Under the pieces are notes generated by a model that made no database searches, was not told the origin of the DNA, and worked only from the letters and a program-made list of their open reading frames with translations. Below are positions 29,442-40,219 of a DNA stretch of 64,000 nucleotides, piece by piece. A program made the position numbers and the translations under genes. Position 1 is the stretch's first letter; each line of letters opens with the position of its first letter. Source of the DNA: Balanoglossus misakiensis (Eukaryota > Animalia > Hemichordata); the NCBI GenBank assembly GCA_040954595.2, contig JBECUI020000034.1, positions 1-64,000 of the forward strand, in the 5' to 3' direction.

Positions 29442-30728
29442 ATGAAAAAGATAATAATATTATTATTGTTAGCATTTGTTATGAGCACGATATATGCACA
29501 AGGCAATGCAGAAGCGACAGATCAGAAACAGGTCAGTGTTTGGTTTCATGGCGGAACAAGTGATGAAACCGAGGCTATGAAGGCTCAAATAGAGCGCTTT
29601 AATCAATCTCAGAGTACGTATACCGCAGTTATGACGGAAATTCCCGGTGGGGCAGTTGCCGGCAGCGGATACAATGATTCGGTGAACGCCGCTGCAGTAG
29701 CGGGAAAACTGCCGGACATTCTCGACCTTGACGGCCCCAACTTGTACAATTACGCCTGGGCGGGCTATTTACAAGAGTTGGATAGTTATATCGGTAGTGA
29801 GTTGAAGCAAGATATGTTACCCTCGCTTTTAGATCAGGGTACGTATCAAGGGAAATTGTATTCGCTTGGTCAGTATGATTCAGGACTTGCATTGGTTGGT
29901 CGGAGGAGTCTACTGCAAAAAGCAGGGGTACGGATTCCCACCGGCATAGATGACGCGTGGACATTGAGTGAGTTTAACGATGTGTTGGCAAAGGTTCAGG
30001 CTTTGAACGAGGTAGAATATGCAATTGACTTAAAAATGAACTACGGAGCCGGGGAATGGTTTACCTACGGATTTTCGCCGGTAGTACAGAGTTTTGGCGG
30101 GGGACTCATTGATCGATCGAATTATGCCTCTTCTGACGGGGTACTCAATGGTGCGAAATCGCTACAAGCCATGCGATGGATTCAGGATCTCTTTGCGAAA
30201 GGCTACAGCAACCTTACCCCACCCGATGACAATGAATTTGTCAATGGCAGGGCAGCTTTAGGTTGGCTGGGACATTGGATGTGGAATACGTATAAAGCGG
30301 AATTTGGTGATGACATCGTGGTTATTCCCATGCCGAATTTTGGTGCGAAGCCGGTAACAGGGATGGGGTCATGGACATGGTCTATCACCACGCAAAGTAA
30401 CAACCCCAAAGGTGCATGGGCATTCTTGGAATTTATTCTGCAGCCGGATGAGATTCTTTCAATAACTAATATGAACGGAGCTATTCCGGGAAGACTTTCA
30501 GCACAGGCAAAGTCCGACCTATATGCACAGGGGGGCGAACTTGGTATTTTCGTAGAGCAATTAAAGAATGGGGTAGCGTTGCCGAGACCGAAGACACCAG
30601 CCTATCCTACTATTACTTCATCATTTTATACAGCCATGGATAATATTATAAAGGGAGCAGCTGTCCAGCAAGAGCTTGACAGAGCAGTCGATAATATTGA
30701 TGCGGATATTCAAAGTAGCGGATATTAG
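29442..30728 (+). CDS. sugar ABC transporter substrate-binding protein
   Basis: Spirochaetal signal IYAQG; LPDILDLDGPNLYNYAW and GMGSW.W; SD AAGGAGG. Confidence 0.92.
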   Translation: MKKIIILLLLAFVMSTIYAQGNAEATDQKQVSVWFHGGTSDETEAMKAQIERFNQSQSTYTAVMTEIPGGAVAGSGYNDSVNAAAVAGKLPDILDLDGPNLYNYAWAGYLQELDSYIGSELKQDMLPSLLDQGTYQGKLYSLGQYDSGLALVGRRSLLQKAGVRIPTGIDDAWTLSEFNDVLAKVQALNEVEYAIDLKMNYGAGEWFTYGFSPVVQSFGGGLIDRSNYASSDGVLNGAKSLQAMRWIQDLFAKGYSNLTPPDDNEFVNGRAALGWLGHWMWNTYKAEFGDDIVVIPMPNFGAKPVTGMGSWTWSITTQSNNPKGAWAFLEFILQPDEILSITNMNGAIPGRLSAQAKSDLYAQGGELGIFVEQLKNGVALPRPKTPAYPTITSSFYTAMDNIIKGAAVQQELDRAVDNIDADIQSSGY

Positions 30729-30736
30729 CATATAAT

Positions 30737-30773
30737 CAGTTTACAGTCCGGCAGTAAGGTCGGACTGGACTGA
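30737..30773 (+). terminator. intercistronic stem-loop
   Basis: TCAGTTTACAGTCCG...CGGACTGGACTGA imperfect hairpin after the SBP gene. Confidence 0.5.
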
Positions 30774-30781
30774 CAGAAGTA

Positions 30782-31852
30782 ATGAAGAAGACTAAACTCG
30801 TTTCACTACGTTCCCATGAGGTCCGTTCGGCATGGGCAATGAGTGCACCAGGTATCATTTTTTTATGTGTATTTGTTGCATTGCCACTTTTGCTCGGGTT
30901 GGTTTGGAGTTTTACGAATAAGCGATTAATATCGCCCTTGCCCACAAAGTATGTTGGATGGGAAAACTATGCAAATCTCTTGCTGGTAGAGATTCTTGAG
31001 TTCGACCGCGAACAATACAGTATTCATAACGAAGAGGTATTTCAAAGTGAATTACGAAGTATTATTCGCTCGGATGAAAAACTTAAGAAGTACCAACAAT
31101 GGTTTTCTTTTCGTCCCTTCTGGAATAATAATGTACGTGCAGTTGTATTGGCACGAGATGTTGCATTCATGCAATCCCTGTTCAATACCATATTTTTTGT
31201 TTTGATTATCGTCCCCGGACAGGGCGGATTGGCATTATTTCTCGCCGTTATGGTAAACAAGAAACTCAGAGGCAGAAATTTCTTTCGCACCGTTTACTTT
31301 GCACCAGTCGTTACATCCATGGCAGTTATTGCCATTGTCTGGGTCTTTCTCTACAATCCGCAGCAAGGGATGATTAACCGTTTCCTATCTTTTATCAGTG
31401 GAGGTGCCATTAAGCAGGTGAATTGGCTGATCGATCCCGCAACATCTATGTTCTCCATCATCATAGTATCGGTTTGGCAATCTGCTGGATTTCAAATGGT
31501 CATTTTTCTTGCCGGACTACAGCAAATACCAGAATATCTATATGAAGCATCCCGCATTGACGGGGCATCACCAATACAACAATTCTGGAGAATAACCTTT
31601 CCCCTATTAAAGAATACCACCGTTTTTGTACTTATCAGCACAACAATTTTAGCATTTCGTGTCTTTACGCAGGTTGATGTTATGACAAAGGGTGGTCCCT
31701 TCGGCAGTACCAGCACGATGGTATTTTATGTCGTAGAGCAGGGGTTTCGGCAACAGAAGATCGGTTATGCCTCCGCGATAACAGTATTATTTTTTCTCTT
31801 CGTATTGATAATTGCAGTTATTCAAAAACTTCTTGTGCGTTCGGAGCAATGA
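30782..31852 (+). CDS. carbohydrate ABC transporter permease
   Basis: IPEYLYEASRIDGA EAA loop. Confidence 0.93.
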   Translation: MKKTKLVSLRSHEVRSAWAMSAPGIIFLCVFVALPLLLGLVWSFTNKRLISPLPTKYVGWENYANLLLVEILEFDREQYSIHNEEVFQSELRSIIRSDEKLKKYQQWFSFRPFWNNNVRAVVLARDVAFMQSLFNTIFFVLIIVPGQGGLALFLAVMVNKKLRGRNFFRTVYFAPVVTSMAVIAIVWVFLYNPQQGMINRFLSFISGGAIKQVNWLIDPATSMFSIIIVSVWQSAGFQMVIFLAGLQQIPEYLYEASRIDGASPIQQFWRITFPLLKNTTVFVLISTTILAFRVFTQVDVMTKGGPFGSTSTMVFYVVEQGFRQQKIGYASAITVLFFLFVLIIAVIQKLLVRSEQ

Positions 31853-32745
31853 TGCATATGCGAGAGAGAAGATTTTGGGCAGTTTCGCCGGTAGTAATGC
31901 AAGGAATAATGAAGGCAATAAACTATAGCATCCTTATTATCTTAGCGGCATTTTTTATCTTCCCTCTGCTATTTATGCTGATGTCTTCGTTTAAAACAGA
32001 GCGGGTGATCTTTTCCGATCTGGCAACAATCTATAAGGCATTTCTTCCGACAGAGGTAACAGCCGCGAGCTACCAGTATATCTTTAATCGTGTTCCCTTC
32101 TGGCAATTCTTTTTTAACTCCGCATTTATAACAAGCTCTACGGTTGGACTCGGATTGATCATAAATAGCATGTTCGCCTTTTCCCTAGCCCGACTACATT
32201 GGAAAGGGAAACGATTCTTTCTATTCCTTGTCATCGGTCTCGCCATTGTTCCACTGGAAACAGTCGCTGTTCCCATGCTCGTCATGGTCAATCTCTTCCC
32301 TTGGTTTGACGGAACCATATCATGGCTCGATACCTATCATGTTCAAATATTTCCCTTTGTTGCAGAAGCCTTTTCGACCTTTTTATTTTATCAATTCTTC
32401 ATCAATATACCACGAGAAATTGATGAATCATGTTATATTGATGGAGCAAAACCATTTCGCATTTATCGACAAATCATTATTCCGCTCTCTTCTCCTGTCT
32501 TTGCTACTGTAACAATTCTTCAATCCCTTGCTATTTGGAATTCCTATCTATGGCCACTCATGGTTACTAGAAGTGAAGCAGTCCGCCCCCTCCCGCTCGG
32601 CATTACTTCGTTGTATGTATTAAACTTGCAATGGGGACATATCCTTGCCTTTGCATCATTAATAACCCTGCCGATTCTGTTATTGTTTTTATTCTTTCAA
32701 AAATGGTTCATTGCCAGCATTTCCACTGCGGGGCTAAAGGGCTAG
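31849..32745 (+). CDS. carbohydrate ABC transporter permease
   Basis: IPREIDESCYIDGA and WNSYLWPL. Confidence 0.93.
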   Translation: MMHMRERRFWAVSPVVMQGIMKAINYSILIILAAFFIFPLLFMLMSSFKTERVIFSDLATIYKAFLPTEVTAASYQYIFNRVPFWQFFFNSAFITSSTVGLGLIINSMFAFSLARLHWKGKRFFLFLVIGLAIVPLETVAVPMLVMVNLFPWFDGTISWLDTYHVQIFPFVAEAFSTFLFYQFFINIPREIDESCYIDGAKPFRIYRQIIIPLSSPVFATVTILQSLAIWNSYLWPLMVTRSEAVRPLPLGITSLYVLNLQWGHILAFASLITLPILLLFLFFQKWFIASISTAGLKG

Positions 32746-32869
32746 TCTGTCGTTTTTCAGGCTGCAGTTTAGCATGAACTTTCGGAACCATCCCCTTTCT
32801 TACAGTGCATGCTGTACAAAATCATAATATTGTTATAGCATTGATGTTAAGTAAAGCGTTGCAAAAATT

Positions 32870-34354
32870 ATGCTGATATTGAAGAATATTTCAAAATCAT
32901 TTCCGGGTGTGCAGGCATTAGACAATGTGTCTTTTGATGTTCATGCGGGAGAAGTACATGTTATTCTTGGTGAAAACGGAGCCGGAAAGTCTACTCTTAT
33001 GAAGATTCTGACCGGTGTTTACCAGCGTGATTCCGGACTCATAGAGTTCAAAGGGAAAGAGATCTCAATTCCCAGCCCAATAGCAGCACATCATCTTGGC
33101 ATCAGCATCATTTATCAGGAGTTTAACCTTTTTCCCCATCTGAGTGTTGCACAGAATATTTTTATCGGACGGGAGCCGCGGCATCTTCGATATGTCTTGA
33201 ACGAGAAGGAACTCAATGCCATGGCAGGTAGAATACTTGATAATTTCCATTACAACATTGACCCAACAGCGAAGGTAAGTACTCTGAGTGTTGCCGAGCA
33301 GCAGATGGTAGAGATAGCCAAGGCAATATCTATCAAATGTGATATTCTTATTATGGACGAACCAACCGCAGCCCTGAGTGAAGAAGAAATTAATACACTC
33401 TTTGCAACGGTGCGCATTTTGCGCGAGCAGAACAAGGGAATTATTTACATATCTCATCGCTTGGAAGAACTGAAAAGTATTGCCGACCGCGTTACCGTAC
33501 TTCGTGACGGGAAACATATAATAACCGAAAACTATAGCAATATTGGACTTGATGAGCTCATTACACATATGGTCGGACGAGAAATAAGCGATATCTATCC
33601 GCAACGGCATACGGTTTTGGGAGAAGAAATTCTTCGGGTCGAAGGGCTCTCGCGTCATCCTGATTTACATGATATATCTTTTCATCTGCACCGCGGTGAG
33701 ATACTTGGAGTGGCAGGACTTGTTGGTGCGGGACGAACAGAAACCATGCGTGCCCTTTTTGGAGCTGACTTATACGATCGCGGAAGCATCAACATAGAAG
33801 GAAAAAAGGTTGATATCCGTACCCCCATTCATGCCATTGCACATGGAATCGGCTATCTTACCGAGGACAGAAAACGGGAAGGCTTGGCATTGAATTTGAA
33901 TGTATTGGACAATACTATTATGGCACATATTCGTGCTTTTACGAATGGTGTCGGTATTATGAACAAACGGGAATGTCGGAGGGCAACGGCAGAGTATATT
34001 GATATGTTGCGGATAAAAACTCCGTCGCAGGAGCAAAAAATAGCCTATCTTAGTGGGGGCAACCAGCAGAAGGTCATTGTGGCACGCTGGCTCTGTACGG
34101 AATGTCGGATCCTTATCTTCGATGAACCGACGCGTGGTATTGATGTTGGTGCAAAGCGGGAAATATATGATTTATTGAACGTGTTGACGAGCAAGGGGCT
34201 TGCTGTTATTATGGTATCATCAGAATTGAATGAGATTCTCGGCATGAGTGATCGAATTATGGTTATGCAGTCGGGATCGGTAGCAGGATTTCTTAGTAAG
34301 AGTGAAGCAACACAGGAGCGTATTATGTCGCTTGCAACGGGGCAAGGAGAATGA
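32870..34354 (+). CDS. monosaccharide ABC transporter ATP-binding protein (RbsA/MglA type)
   Basis: GENGAGKST, MDEPT, LSGGNQQK and FDEPTRGIDVGAK; tandem NBDs. Confidence 0.96.
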   Translation: MLILKNISKSFPGVQALDNVSFDVHAGEVHVILGENGAGKSTLMKILTGVYQRDSGLIEFKGKEISIPSPIAAHHLGISIIYQEFNLFPHLSVAQNIFIGREPRHLRYVLNEKELNAMAGRILDNFHYNIDPTAKVSTLSVAEQQMVEIAKAISIKCDILIMDEPTAALSEEEINTLFATVRILREQNKGIIYISHRLEELKSIADRVTVLRDGKHIITENYSNIGLDELITHMVGREISDIYPQRHTVLGEEILRVEGLSRHPDLHDISFHLHRGEILGVAGLVGAGRTETMRALFGADLYDRGSINIEGKKVDIRTPIHAIAHGIGYLTEDRKREGLALNLNVLDNTIMAHIRAFTNGVGIMNKRECRRATAEYIDMLRIKTPSQEQKIAYLSGGNQQKVIVARWLCTECRILIFDEPTRGIDVGAKREIYDLLNVLTSKGLAVIMVSSELNEILGMSDRIMVMQSGSVAGFLSKSEATQERIMSLATGQGE

Positions 34355-35328
34355 TAACAAAAAAACAAACAGGTGGATTTACAATTGATGCGGTTACTAT
34401 ACAAAAATTGGCTGCCTTTGCAGGTCTGTTGCTTCTCATCATTTTCTTTTCATTTGCTACCCCGTACTTTTTTAACTATGACAACCTCATCACTGTTGTA
34501 AAACAAACGGCTATTACCGGCATTGTTGCGCTTGGGGTAACAATGGTAATTATTACTGCTGGTATTGATCTCTCTCTTGGTTCGGTTGTTGCCGTTTCAG
34601 GGGTTATTATTGCCATGTGTTTAACTGCCGGCATGCCGATCTATCTTGCAGTACTCATTGGAGCCCTATCAGGGGTTCTTTGCGGACTTGCAGGTGGTGC
34701 GGTCATTGCCTATCTCGGACTTCCCCCCTTTATTGCGACCCTTGGTGTTATGATTAGTGCACGAGGACTTGCCTATGTATTAAGCGGTGGGCGTCCCGTA
34801 TATTTTTTGGAGCAGGCAGCCTTTAAGCAGCTGTATAATCACGAACTTTTTTCTGTTCTTCCCATGCCTGTTATCTATCTGCTCGGGCTGGCATTCATAA
34901 CACGCTTTATACTGGTAAACACTGCCGCTGGGAGATATATTTTTTCTATTGGCAGTAATGAGGAGGCGGCACGCCTATCTGGCATTCCGGTTAAGTTTGT
35001 GAAACTCTTTGTCTATATGTATTCTGGGTTGATGTGTGGGCTTGCCGGAGTTATTATGGTTGCGCGATTAAATTCAGGGCAACCTTCCATTGCTTCCGGT
35101 CTGGAGTTGGATGCAATTGCAGCTGCAGTTATTGGTGGGGCAAGTCTTGCCGGTGGGGAAGGGGCCATTATGGGTACTATTATCGGTGCTTTAATTATGA
35201 GCGTGCTGAGGAACGGTCTAAATCTTATGCAGGTAAATCAGTTCTGGCAGCAGATTATTATTGGCTTGGTCGTCATACTGGCAGTATATTTAGATACGAT
35301 ACGAAGAAATAAAAAATTGGTGTTTTAG
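34351..35328 (+). CDS. monosaccharide ABC transporter permease (RbsC type)
   Basis: GIDLSLGS, PPFIATLG, GSNEEAARLSGI and ELDAIAAAVIGG motifs. Confidence 0.95.
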   Translation: MITKKQTGGFTIDAVTIQKLAAFAGLLLLIIFFSFATPYFFNYDNLITVVKQTAITGIVALGVTMVIITAGIDLSLGSVVAVSGVIIAMCLTAGMPIYLAVLIGALSGVLCGLAGGAVIAYLGLPPFIATLGVMISARGLAYVLSGGRPVYFLEQAAFKQLYNHELFSVLPMPVIYLLGLAFITRFILVNTAAGRYIFSIGSNEEAARLSGIPVKFVKLFVYMYSGLMCGLAGVIMVARLNSGQPSIASGLELDAIAAAVIGGASLAGGEGAIMGTIIGALIMSVLRNGLNLMQVNQFWQQIIIGLVVILAVYLDTIRRNKKLVF

Positions 35329-35384
35329 ATATTCCTTATGATGAGGAAATGTTACGATTCTTATAATTAGATAGGAGGTTTATT

Positions 35385-36344
35385 ATGAGAAAAATTATTA
35401 TTGTTTTAGTGTCTATAGCAATGTTTCTTTCGGGAACGATTCTCTACGCAGCTGGTACACAAGAGAGTGGCACTATGTATATTGCGCTGGTAAGTAAAGG
35501 ATTTCAGCATGAGTTCTGGCAGACAGTTAAGATGGGTGCCGACACAGCAGGTGCTGAATTAGGAATTCGGACGACATTTGAAGGTCCAGCAACAGAGGCT
35601 ATGGTTGATGTACAAATCAACATGGTTGAGAATGCTATTACAAACAAGGTAACAGGACTTTTGTTAGCTGCGTTGGACGCGGAAGCATTGGTTCCCTATG
35701 TTGAGAAGGCACAAGCTGCCGGTATACCGGTTATTACCTTTGACTCTGATGTAAATAGCGATATTCCTTTAAGTTTTGTAGCTACCGATAACAAGGCAGC
35801 AGCAGCTCTGGGTGCTAAAGAATTGGCAAAACTGATTAATTCACAAGGAAAGGTTGGTGTTATTGTACATGATGCGACCAGTACGACTGGAATTGACAGG
35901 CGTGATGGTGCAATAGAAACGTTGAAAGCATATTCAGGCATTACGGTTCTTGAACCGGTATACGGTGCAGGAGACCACGGCAAATCGGCAGATCTTATTG
36001 TTGACATGGTCCGGGCAAACCCCGATCTTGTTGGAATATTTGCTGGGAATGAGGGTTCGGCTGTAGGTGCTGCTATCGGCTTACAGGATTCTGGACGCAC
36101 AGATATCGTTCTCGTTGGCTTTGATTCCAGTGAGCAAGAGATTGCATTGTTGCAACAAGGCGTTATTGACGGGTTCGTCGTACAAAATCCATTTCAGATG
36201 GGATACTTGGGTGTGAAAGCTATGTATGATGCCATTAACGGCAAAACAATCAGCAATCGTATTGACACCGGTGCCACCTATGTCAATCAGAGCAATTTGA
36301 ATACAGAAGATGTACAAAAACTTTTGTATCCGCTTGGTAAGTAA
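35385..36344 (+). CDS. monosaccharide ABC transporter substrate-binding protein
   Basis: VSKGFQHEFWQ, FDSDV, VATDN, GFDS and QNPFQMGY; SD AGGAGG. Confidence 0.94.
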   Translation: MRKIIIVLVSIAMFLSGTILYAAGTQESGTMYIALVSKGFQHEFWQTVKMGADTAGAELGIRTTFEGPATEAMVDVQINMVENAITNKVTGLLLAALDAEALVPYVEKAQAAGIPVITFDSDVNSDIPLSFVATDNKAAAALGAKELAKLINSQGKVGVIVHDATSTTGIDRRDGAIETLKAYSGITVLEPVYGAGDHGKSADLIVDMVRANPDLVGIFAGNEGSAVGAAIGLQDSGRTDIVLVGFDSSEQEIALLQQGVIDGFVVQNPFQMGYLGVKAMYDAINGKTISNRIDTGATYVNQSNLNTEDVQKLLYPLGK

Positions 36345-36350
36345 TATAAT

Positions 36351-36377
36351 AACAAGGTCTTATTTTAAGGCCTTGTT
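36351..36377 (+). terminator. stem-loop after the SBP gene
   Basis: AACAAGGTCTTA-TTT-TAAGGCCTTGTT. Confidence 0.65.
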
Positions 36378-36402
36378 TATTGTTTAAGAGGAGGAAAAAA
36401 AA

Positions 36403-38052
36403 ATTAAAGATTTACCCCCTTTTTTTAATAATGCACCTGTTCCGGAACTGCCTGCAAGGAATGAGCCGGATGACAGTAGTATCGTACTTGTTGCAAATGG
36501 CGACCTGCGTGAATCAGCAAATCAAAAATGTTGGCCCGTGCAGGAATCCTTTGAAAAAAAACTGCAGCAGGTATTGAATGACCGATTTCATACGAAGACT
36601 GTTCGAGCACATAGCTATAAGGCAGACAAGGGACATGGATTTATCAGTAGTCAGCGGGAGGGCTCCGATATTTTTGCTCGGATTCATCCTGAGGCACGTA
36701 TTATTGTCTTAATTACTGCATGGCAGTACTCGCATCATATTGCAAATGCCCTTGTCCAACATCGGGGTCCAATTCTTTTGCTGGCAAATTTTGACGGTAC
36801 CTGGCCCGGTCTGGTTGGCATGTTAAATATGGCTGGCTCATTAACTGGATTGGGACGGAACTACAGCAGGTTATGGTCTGCAAATTTTGATGATGCAATA
36901 TTTTATACCCAGCTTGAATCTTGGCTTAAGCAAGGCAAAATCACCTGGGATACCAGCTATTTGCGCCCGTATGTTTCCACTGGCAATGCCCTTGGTCGAC
37001 ATCTTGGTGAGTATATTCTTAGAAACAAGGAAATCATCGGTCTTTTTGACATATACTGTATGGGCATGATGAATGGTGTTTTCCCCCTCAAATCAATGGC
37101 GGATATCGGCATGCCGATTGAGGGGCTTTCACAATCGGCGCTTGTTTATGAAATGTCCAAGGTTTCGCATACACTTCGAGAGCAATGTTTACAGTTCTAT
37201 ATTGATGGTGGTATGCAATTTCAGTTTGGAAAAGATCCTGCAAGCGAGTTAACCCGTGAGCAAGTGCTGGAGCAATCGGCTATGTTAATAGCTATGGCAC
37301 GTATTGCCGAGGACTTTGGTCTGACAACTGTCGGTGTTCAGTATCAACAAGGATTAAAAGATGTTTGTCCTGCCTCTGATTTTGCTGAGGGTGCTATTGG
37401 AAGTAGCTATCGGTTTCCAATCCCTGATAGAAACGGGATAATTATTCGCCCCGGGAGTCCAATTCCTTGTGCAAACGAGGTTGACATGGGAACTGCTATT
37501 CCGCAGACCATGTTATTTCGCTTGCTGAGCAGTTTAGCCCTTCCTTCGGAAACCACTCTCCACGATGTACGCTGGGGGAGTGAGTATCAGGGAACATTTT
37601 ATTGGGATTTTCTTATTTCAGGCAGTGTTCCTTTCGAGCACCTCCGAGGTGGCATTGCTGGAGCAATCGGCTACCGACAAGCCCCCATGTATTTTGCTCT
37701 CGGCGGTTCGACCATTGGCGGGCAATGTAAAGCAGGAAGATTTATCTGGGCTCGGGCACATTATGAGGAAACAGATGTCCACCTACAGATTGGGACCGGA
37801 ACAGCCTATGAGTTGCCGCAGGAGGAACTACAGCGGAGACTAAATGCCACCTCGCCCCAATGGCCAATGATGAATGTTACATTAGACGGCATTACACGCG
37901 ATCAGCTTATGGCGGGACATCAGAGTAATCATATAACTGTAGCCTATGTACCTGCGGATAAACTGAAATTTGTTACTACTGCTTTTGCCGAGATGGCATT
38001 GATCTTGAACATGAAAGTTTGGTTAGCCGGAACACCGGAAATTAATAGTTAA
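36403..38052 (+). CDS. L-fucose/L-arabinose isomerase-like protein, probable ATT start
   Basis: VANGDLRESANQKCWP lies upstream of the first GTG (36538); WPGLVG, GVQYQQGLKD, NEVD, TTLHDVRWG and SNHI motifs; SD GGAGG 8 nt before in-frame ATT. Confidence 0.8.
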   Translation: MKDLPPFFNNAPVPELPARNEPDDSSIVLVANGDLRESANQKCWPVQESFEKKLQQVLNDRFHTKTVRAHSYKADKGHGFISSQREGSDIFARIHPEARIIVLITAWQYSHHIANALVQHRGPILLLANFDGTWPGLVGMLNMAGSLTGLGRNYSRLWSANFDDAIFYTQLESWLKQGKITWDTSYLRPYVSTGNALGRHLGEYILRNKEIIGLFDIYCMGMMNGVFPLKSMADIGMPIEGLSQSALVYEMSKVSHTLREQCLQFYIDGGMQFQFGKDPASELTREQVLEQSAMLIAMARIAEDFGLTTVGVQYQQGLKDVCPASDFAEGAIGSSYRFPIPDRNGIIIRPGSPIPCANEVDMGTAIPQTMLFRLLSSLALPSETTLHDVRWGSEYQGTFYWDFLISGSVPFEHLRGGIAGAIGYRQAPMYFALGGSTIGGQCKAGRFIWARAHYEETDVHLQIGTGTAYELPQEELQRRLNATSPQWPMMNVTLDGITRDQLMAGHQSNHITVAYVPADKLKFVTTAFAEMALILNMKVWLAGTPEINS

Positions 38053-38061
38053 GGAGTTGCA

Positions 38062-38487
38062 ATGCTAAAAGGAATATCGCCTTTATTGAGCCCTGAGTTG
38101 TTGGCCCTCTTACATCGTATGGGGCACGGGAATGAACTGGTATTGGGAGATGCCTATTTTGGAGGCTACGCGTTAAATAAGACAGTCTTGCGGGCAGACG
38201 GCTTATCGGTAGAGAGTCTTCTGGATGCCATCTTGCCGCTTTTTCCGCTTGATCCCTTTGTCGAAGATCCAGTTGTTATGATGGCTCCCTCGAAGGGGTC
38301 GGAGGCTGATCCTGCAGTGGAACATCGCTATCGGCAGGTCCTTGATAAGTACTATCCCAAAACGCCTCCCATTCATTTTATGGAGCGATTTGCCTTCTAC
38401 GAACGTACGAAAGATGCATTTGCCGTCCTTATTACTGGCGAGTTGGCCGTATATGGGAACATTATCATTAAAAAGGGTGTTATGTAG
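38062..38487 (+). CDS. fucU: RbsD/FucU family sugar mutarotase
   Basis: MLKGISPLLSPELL, MGHGNELVLGD, ERFAFYE and TGE...YGNIIIKKGV. Confidence 0.9.
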   Translation: MLKGISPLLSPELLALLHRMGHGNELVLGDAYFGGYALNKTVLRADGLSVESLLDAILPLFPLDPFVEDPVVMMAPSKGSEADPAVEHRYRQVLDKYYPKTPPIHFMERFAFYERTKDAFAVLITGELAVYGNIIIKKGVM

Positions 38488-40075
38488 CCGTTTCCATATA
38501 GAGTCCGAGTCTTTTATACTGATGAAATAATTGATCGTAGCGCTCTCTATGTTCTACTTGTGGTTTGTAAACGTTTTCTATGCTACTTCCCATGGCAAGA
38601 ATTGCATTCTCAACATCGGGATATATTCCCGCAGCAACTGATGCGAAAATGCATGCGCCCAGTGCACTGGGTTGCTGGGTTGTAGCAACTTGTACCTCGC
38701 GTTGCAAGCTGTCGGCAAGTATCTGCATCAGTAAAGGCGATTTTTTCGCGACGCCACCAATGCCGATAATACGTCCCACTGGTATTCCTGCTTGGAGGTA
38801 GCAATCCAGTATGGCACGGCTACCGCAGGCAAGCCCTTCTAATAACGATCGGTAGACCATTGGTGCAGTGCTGCCAATATGAAGACCGGTAATTGCGGAT
38901 TGAAGATCTTGTCTGGCATTCGGTGTGCGTCTGCCATTAAACCAATCCAGTGCCGTGAGCCGACCGATAGGAAGAGACCATGCGGCTTCTTCCAGTTGAG
39001 GCAGGGTGCCTTCTTCTTTGCGGCGATTCCATGATATGAGACCTTCAAACCATGCAAGCACATCACCAAATGAGGACTGACCTGCTTCGAATCCTGTTTT
39101 TCCGGGAATTATTGAACCGTCAACCTGCCCGCAAATGCCGGGTATTAATAACTCTTTTACATCATTAGCTGGTGCAACCAACATATCACAGGTCGAAGTA
39201 CCCATAACACGGACAAGATCGTAGTCCTGTATACCTGATCCTACGGCAGCAGCATGAGCATCAAAACATCCTACGCTAACAAGAATACCGGGTGGTAGTC
39301 CCAGTCGTGTTGCCCATTTTTCAGTTAGTTTTCCTGCCACTTGGTCTGATGTATACGTATCGGTGTATAACCGGCTGCGGTAGCCACGGAGAAGAGGGTC
39401 AATTTTTGTCCAAAATGAGTCAGGTGGCAGTCCGTCGAAGGATGCATGCCACATTGCCTTATGTCCGGCGGCGGTTCTGCTTCGCTTCATTGTCTGTAGA
39501 CTTTTATTGCCACAGAGCATGGCGGGAAGCCAGTCGCAGTGTTCTGCAATGGAATAGGCATGTTGGCGAATACTCTTGTCGATACGGAGAATGTGCAAGG
39601 CTTTTGCCCAGAACCACTCGGCAGAATATGTATTTCCTGAATACTTGGCATAGTTTTCAACATTGTTTCGTGCTGCACTGGTTATTTCTTCTGCTTCTGC
39701 TATAGCGGTATGGTCCTTCCATAAAATGATCATGGCATTGGGGTTTGTAGCAAAATCGCTATAGATGGCAAGGGGCATGCCTTCGTCATTAATGAATGTC
39801 GGTGATGAACCGGTTGTAACAATAGACATTGCAACGATAGATTGTTGTTGTGTGTCATCAAGGGTGTCTATGCATGTTCTTACAGCAGCTTCCATTGCTT
39901 CAAGATAATCGAGTGGATGTTGTCGAAACATGTGTTTGTCGGCATCACAGTACAGCCCCCTCTTCCAACGTGGATAGGGTTGAATACTTTCTGCAACAGG
40001 AGTCCCTGAATGAGCAGAAACAATAAGGGCACGAACCGAGTCCGTACCAAAATCTAATCCTACTAGTAGTTGCAT
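38480..40075 (-). CDS. araB: ribulokinase (FGGY family)
   Basis: GLDFGTDSVRAL, FRQHPLDY, LWKDHTA, AAGHKAMW, GICGQVDGS and DWFNGRRTP; SD GGAGG. Confidence 0.92.
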   Translation of the reverse strand: MQLLVGLDFGTDSVRALIVSAHSGTPVAESIQPYPRWKRGLYCDADKHMFRQHPLDYLEAMEAAVRTCIDTLDDTQQQSIVAMSIVTTGSSPTFINDEGMPLAIYSDFATNPNAMIILWKDHTAIAEAEEITSAARNNVENYAKYSGNTYSAEWFWAKALHILRIDKSIRQHAYSIAEHCDWLPAMLCGNKSLQTMKRSRTAAGHKAMWHASFDGLPPDSFWTKIDPLLRGYRSRLYTDTYTSDQVAGKLTEKWATRLGLPPGILVSVGCFDAHAAAVGSGIQDYDLVRVMGTSTCDMLVAPANDVKELLIPGICGQVDGSIIPGKTGFEAGQSSFGDVLAWFEGLISWNRRKEEGTLPQLEEAAWSLPIGRLTALDWFNGRRTPNARQDLQSAITGLHIGSTAPMVYRSLLEGLACGSRAILDCYLQAGIPVGRIIGIGGVAKKSPLLMQILADSLQREVQVATTQQPSALGACIFASVAAGIYPDVENAILAMGSSIENVYKPQVEHRERYDQLFHQYKRLGLYMETAT

Positions 40076-40219
40076 TATTCTGTCCTCCTCCATTTATTTT
40101 ATCACAATACCAATAAAATATCAGACACGTTGAACGAAGGGTAATAGCTGGGCAAAAAAGATGTATTTTGATACAATACAGACATTAACAGAATGATGAA
40201 AGCAGGGATATAGAGCGTT

